Assembly (NCBI RefSeq): GCF_001598795.1
Contig: NZ_BCZP01000008.1
Coordinates: 180,001-212,000 of the forward strand
DNA length: 32,000 bases
Direction of reading: 5' to 3'
Source of the DNA: Delftia acidovorans NBRC 14950
GTDB taxonomy: Bacteria; Pseudomonadota; Gammaproteobacteria; Burkholderiales; Burkholderiaceae_C
Shown here: piece by piece, positions 31,131 to 32,000 of the stretch
Position numbering within the stretch: the stretch's first letter is position 1
Layout of the letters: every line of letters starts with the position of its first letter
Position numbers and translations under genes: made by a program
Notes under the pieces: generated by a model
The model's input: only the letters and a program-made list of their open reading frames with translations
The model's database searches: none
What the model was told of the DNA's origin: nothing

Positions 31131-32000
31131 ATGAAACATGCACTCACCCTCCTGGGCTTAATGGCCTGCATGGGCACCGGGGCTGCTTTGGCAGCCCCGG
31201 ATGCATCATCTTCCATCCCTTCGTCGCTGCTGCAGACGGTGGCCAGCCAGGCCGCCGGCGGCACGCGCACCGCCACTTCGGCACAGCAATTCACCTTGAA
31301 GAACGGCATGCAGCTCATCGTGCAGCCCGACCGGCGCGCGCCCACGGCCGTGCACATGGTCTGGGTGCGCGTGGGCTCAGTGGACGAGGTCGATGGCACC
31401 TCGGGCGTGGCCCACGCGCTCGAACACATGATGTTCAAGGGCTCGCGCAAGGTGGCTCCCGGCGAGTTCTCGCGCCGCGTGGCCGCGCTGGGCGGGCAGG
31501 AAAACGCCTTCACCAGCCGCGACTACACGGGCTACTACCAGCAGATTCCGTCCAGCCGCCTGGAAGACGTGATGAAGCTCGAATCCGACCGCTTCGCCAA
31601 CAACCACTGGCCCGACAGCGAGTTCAAGAAAGAGATCGAGGTCATCAAGGAAGAGCGCCGCATGCGCACCGAAGACCAGCCGCGTGCCGTGCTCATGGAG
31701 CAGTTGATGGCGGCGACCTTCGTGGCCTCGCCCTACCACCGCCCCGTGATCGGCTGGATGAGCGACCTGGACGCGCTGACGCCCGGCGACGTGCGCGACT
31801 TCCACGGCCGCTGGTATGTGCCCGGCAATGCCACCATCGTCATTGCCGGCGACGTGGACGTGGCCAAGGTCCGCGCCTGGGCCGAGAAGTACTACGGCAG
31901 CATTCCCGCACGCGCCCTGCCGGTGCGCAAGCCGCGCACCGAGCCCGCGCAGATCGGCATCCGCCGCATCGAGGTCAAGCAGCCGGCCGAGCAGGCCCTG
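31131..32000 (+). CDS. M16-family zinc metallopeptidase (pitrilysin/PqqL-like), 3' end beyond the window
   Basis: Absent from the ORF track (no stop in window). My own translation from ATG 31131 gives MKHALTLLGLMACMGTGAALA/APD... with the inverted zinc motif HALEHMMFKG and downstream ENAFT and EVIKEERRMR. Open for all 290 codons to position 32000. Confidence 0.9.
   Translation, partial: MKHALTLLGLMACMGTGAALAAPDASSSIPSSLLQTVASQAAGGTRTATSAQQFTLKNGMQLIVQPDRRAPTAVHMVWVRVGSVDEVDGTSGVAHALEHMMFKGSRKVAPGEFSRRVAALGGQENAFTSRDYTGYYQQIPSSRLEDVMKLESDRFANNHWPDSEFKKEIEVIKEERRMRTEDQPRAVLMEQLMAATFVASPYHRPVIGWMSDLDALTPGDVRDFHGRWYVPGNATIVIAGDVDVAKVRAWAEKYYGSIPARALPVRKPRTEPAQIGIRRIEVKQPAEQAL

Noticed and set aside
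1-32000. Search by eye for tRNA/rRNA genes, CRISPR arrays, IS or transposase/integrase genes, toxin-antitoxin pairs and known defence-system proteins
   Set aside because: None found. There are no regularly spaced repeat arrays and no recognisable recombinase, nuclease or helicase defence signatures. No compositional island is evident beyond short AT-rich promoter spacers. A covariance-model or HMM scan would be needed to exclude small ncRNAs.

Overview
High-GC (about 68-70% by eye) proteobacterial chromosome segment. Gene content (Bug/TctC binding protein, Pro/Ala-rich FtsY, SfnR/Msu genes) looks Burkholderiales/Comamonadaceae-like, but that placement is inference only. I support 31 protein genes. 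I found no rRNA, tRNA, CRISPR array, transposase, integrase or recognisable defence system. All family assignments come from reading the translations and from recalled motifs and sequences; no search was run.

Layout:
(1) 1..2243: a partial anion permease plus a LysR regulator.
(2) 2345..16581: a 13-gene array, all on the minus strand, for organosulfur scavenging. It holds three MetQ binding proteins, MetN, MetI, three SfnB-type ACAD-fold oxygenases, a DszA/NtaA-type LLM monooxygenase, then MsuE-type FMN reductase, MsuC-type ACAD-fold oxygenase, an SfnR-type sigma54 activator and an SsuD/MsuD monooxygenase.
(3) 16849..20470: a MarR gene divergent from a VOC / flavin reductase / HpaH-like hydratase / SDR module.
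(4) 20489..25650: an AraC regulator divergent from SDR / StyA-like flavin monooxygenase / flavin reductase / dienelactone-hydrolase::SnoaL fusion. This matches the iif/ind indole-to-anthranilate oxidation cluster type.
(5) 25756..28667: MarR / class II aldolase / ketopantoate-reductase-like / CutA.
(6) 28654..32000: housekeeping edge with a Bug-family binding protein, ftsY with a clean terminator, and a partial M16 peptidase.

Most notable observations:
- The size and composition of the sulfur array. The middle of its pathway has no assigned substrates as far as I know.
- The SfnR-like activator has non-canonical Walker A (GDSGADKE) and GAFTGA (GALTGA) motifs and a 12-bp-repeat-encoded N-terminus.
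- A candidate sigma54 promoter with an upstream palindrome lies in front of the array.
- A perfect 13-bp inverted repeat lies at the second marR gene.
- The DLH::SnoaL fusion enzyme.
- A His/Thr-coding 12-bp repeat runs into the aldolase start codon.

Many long ORFs in the supplied track are antisense or read-through artefacts of the high GC content and were trimmed or rejected.
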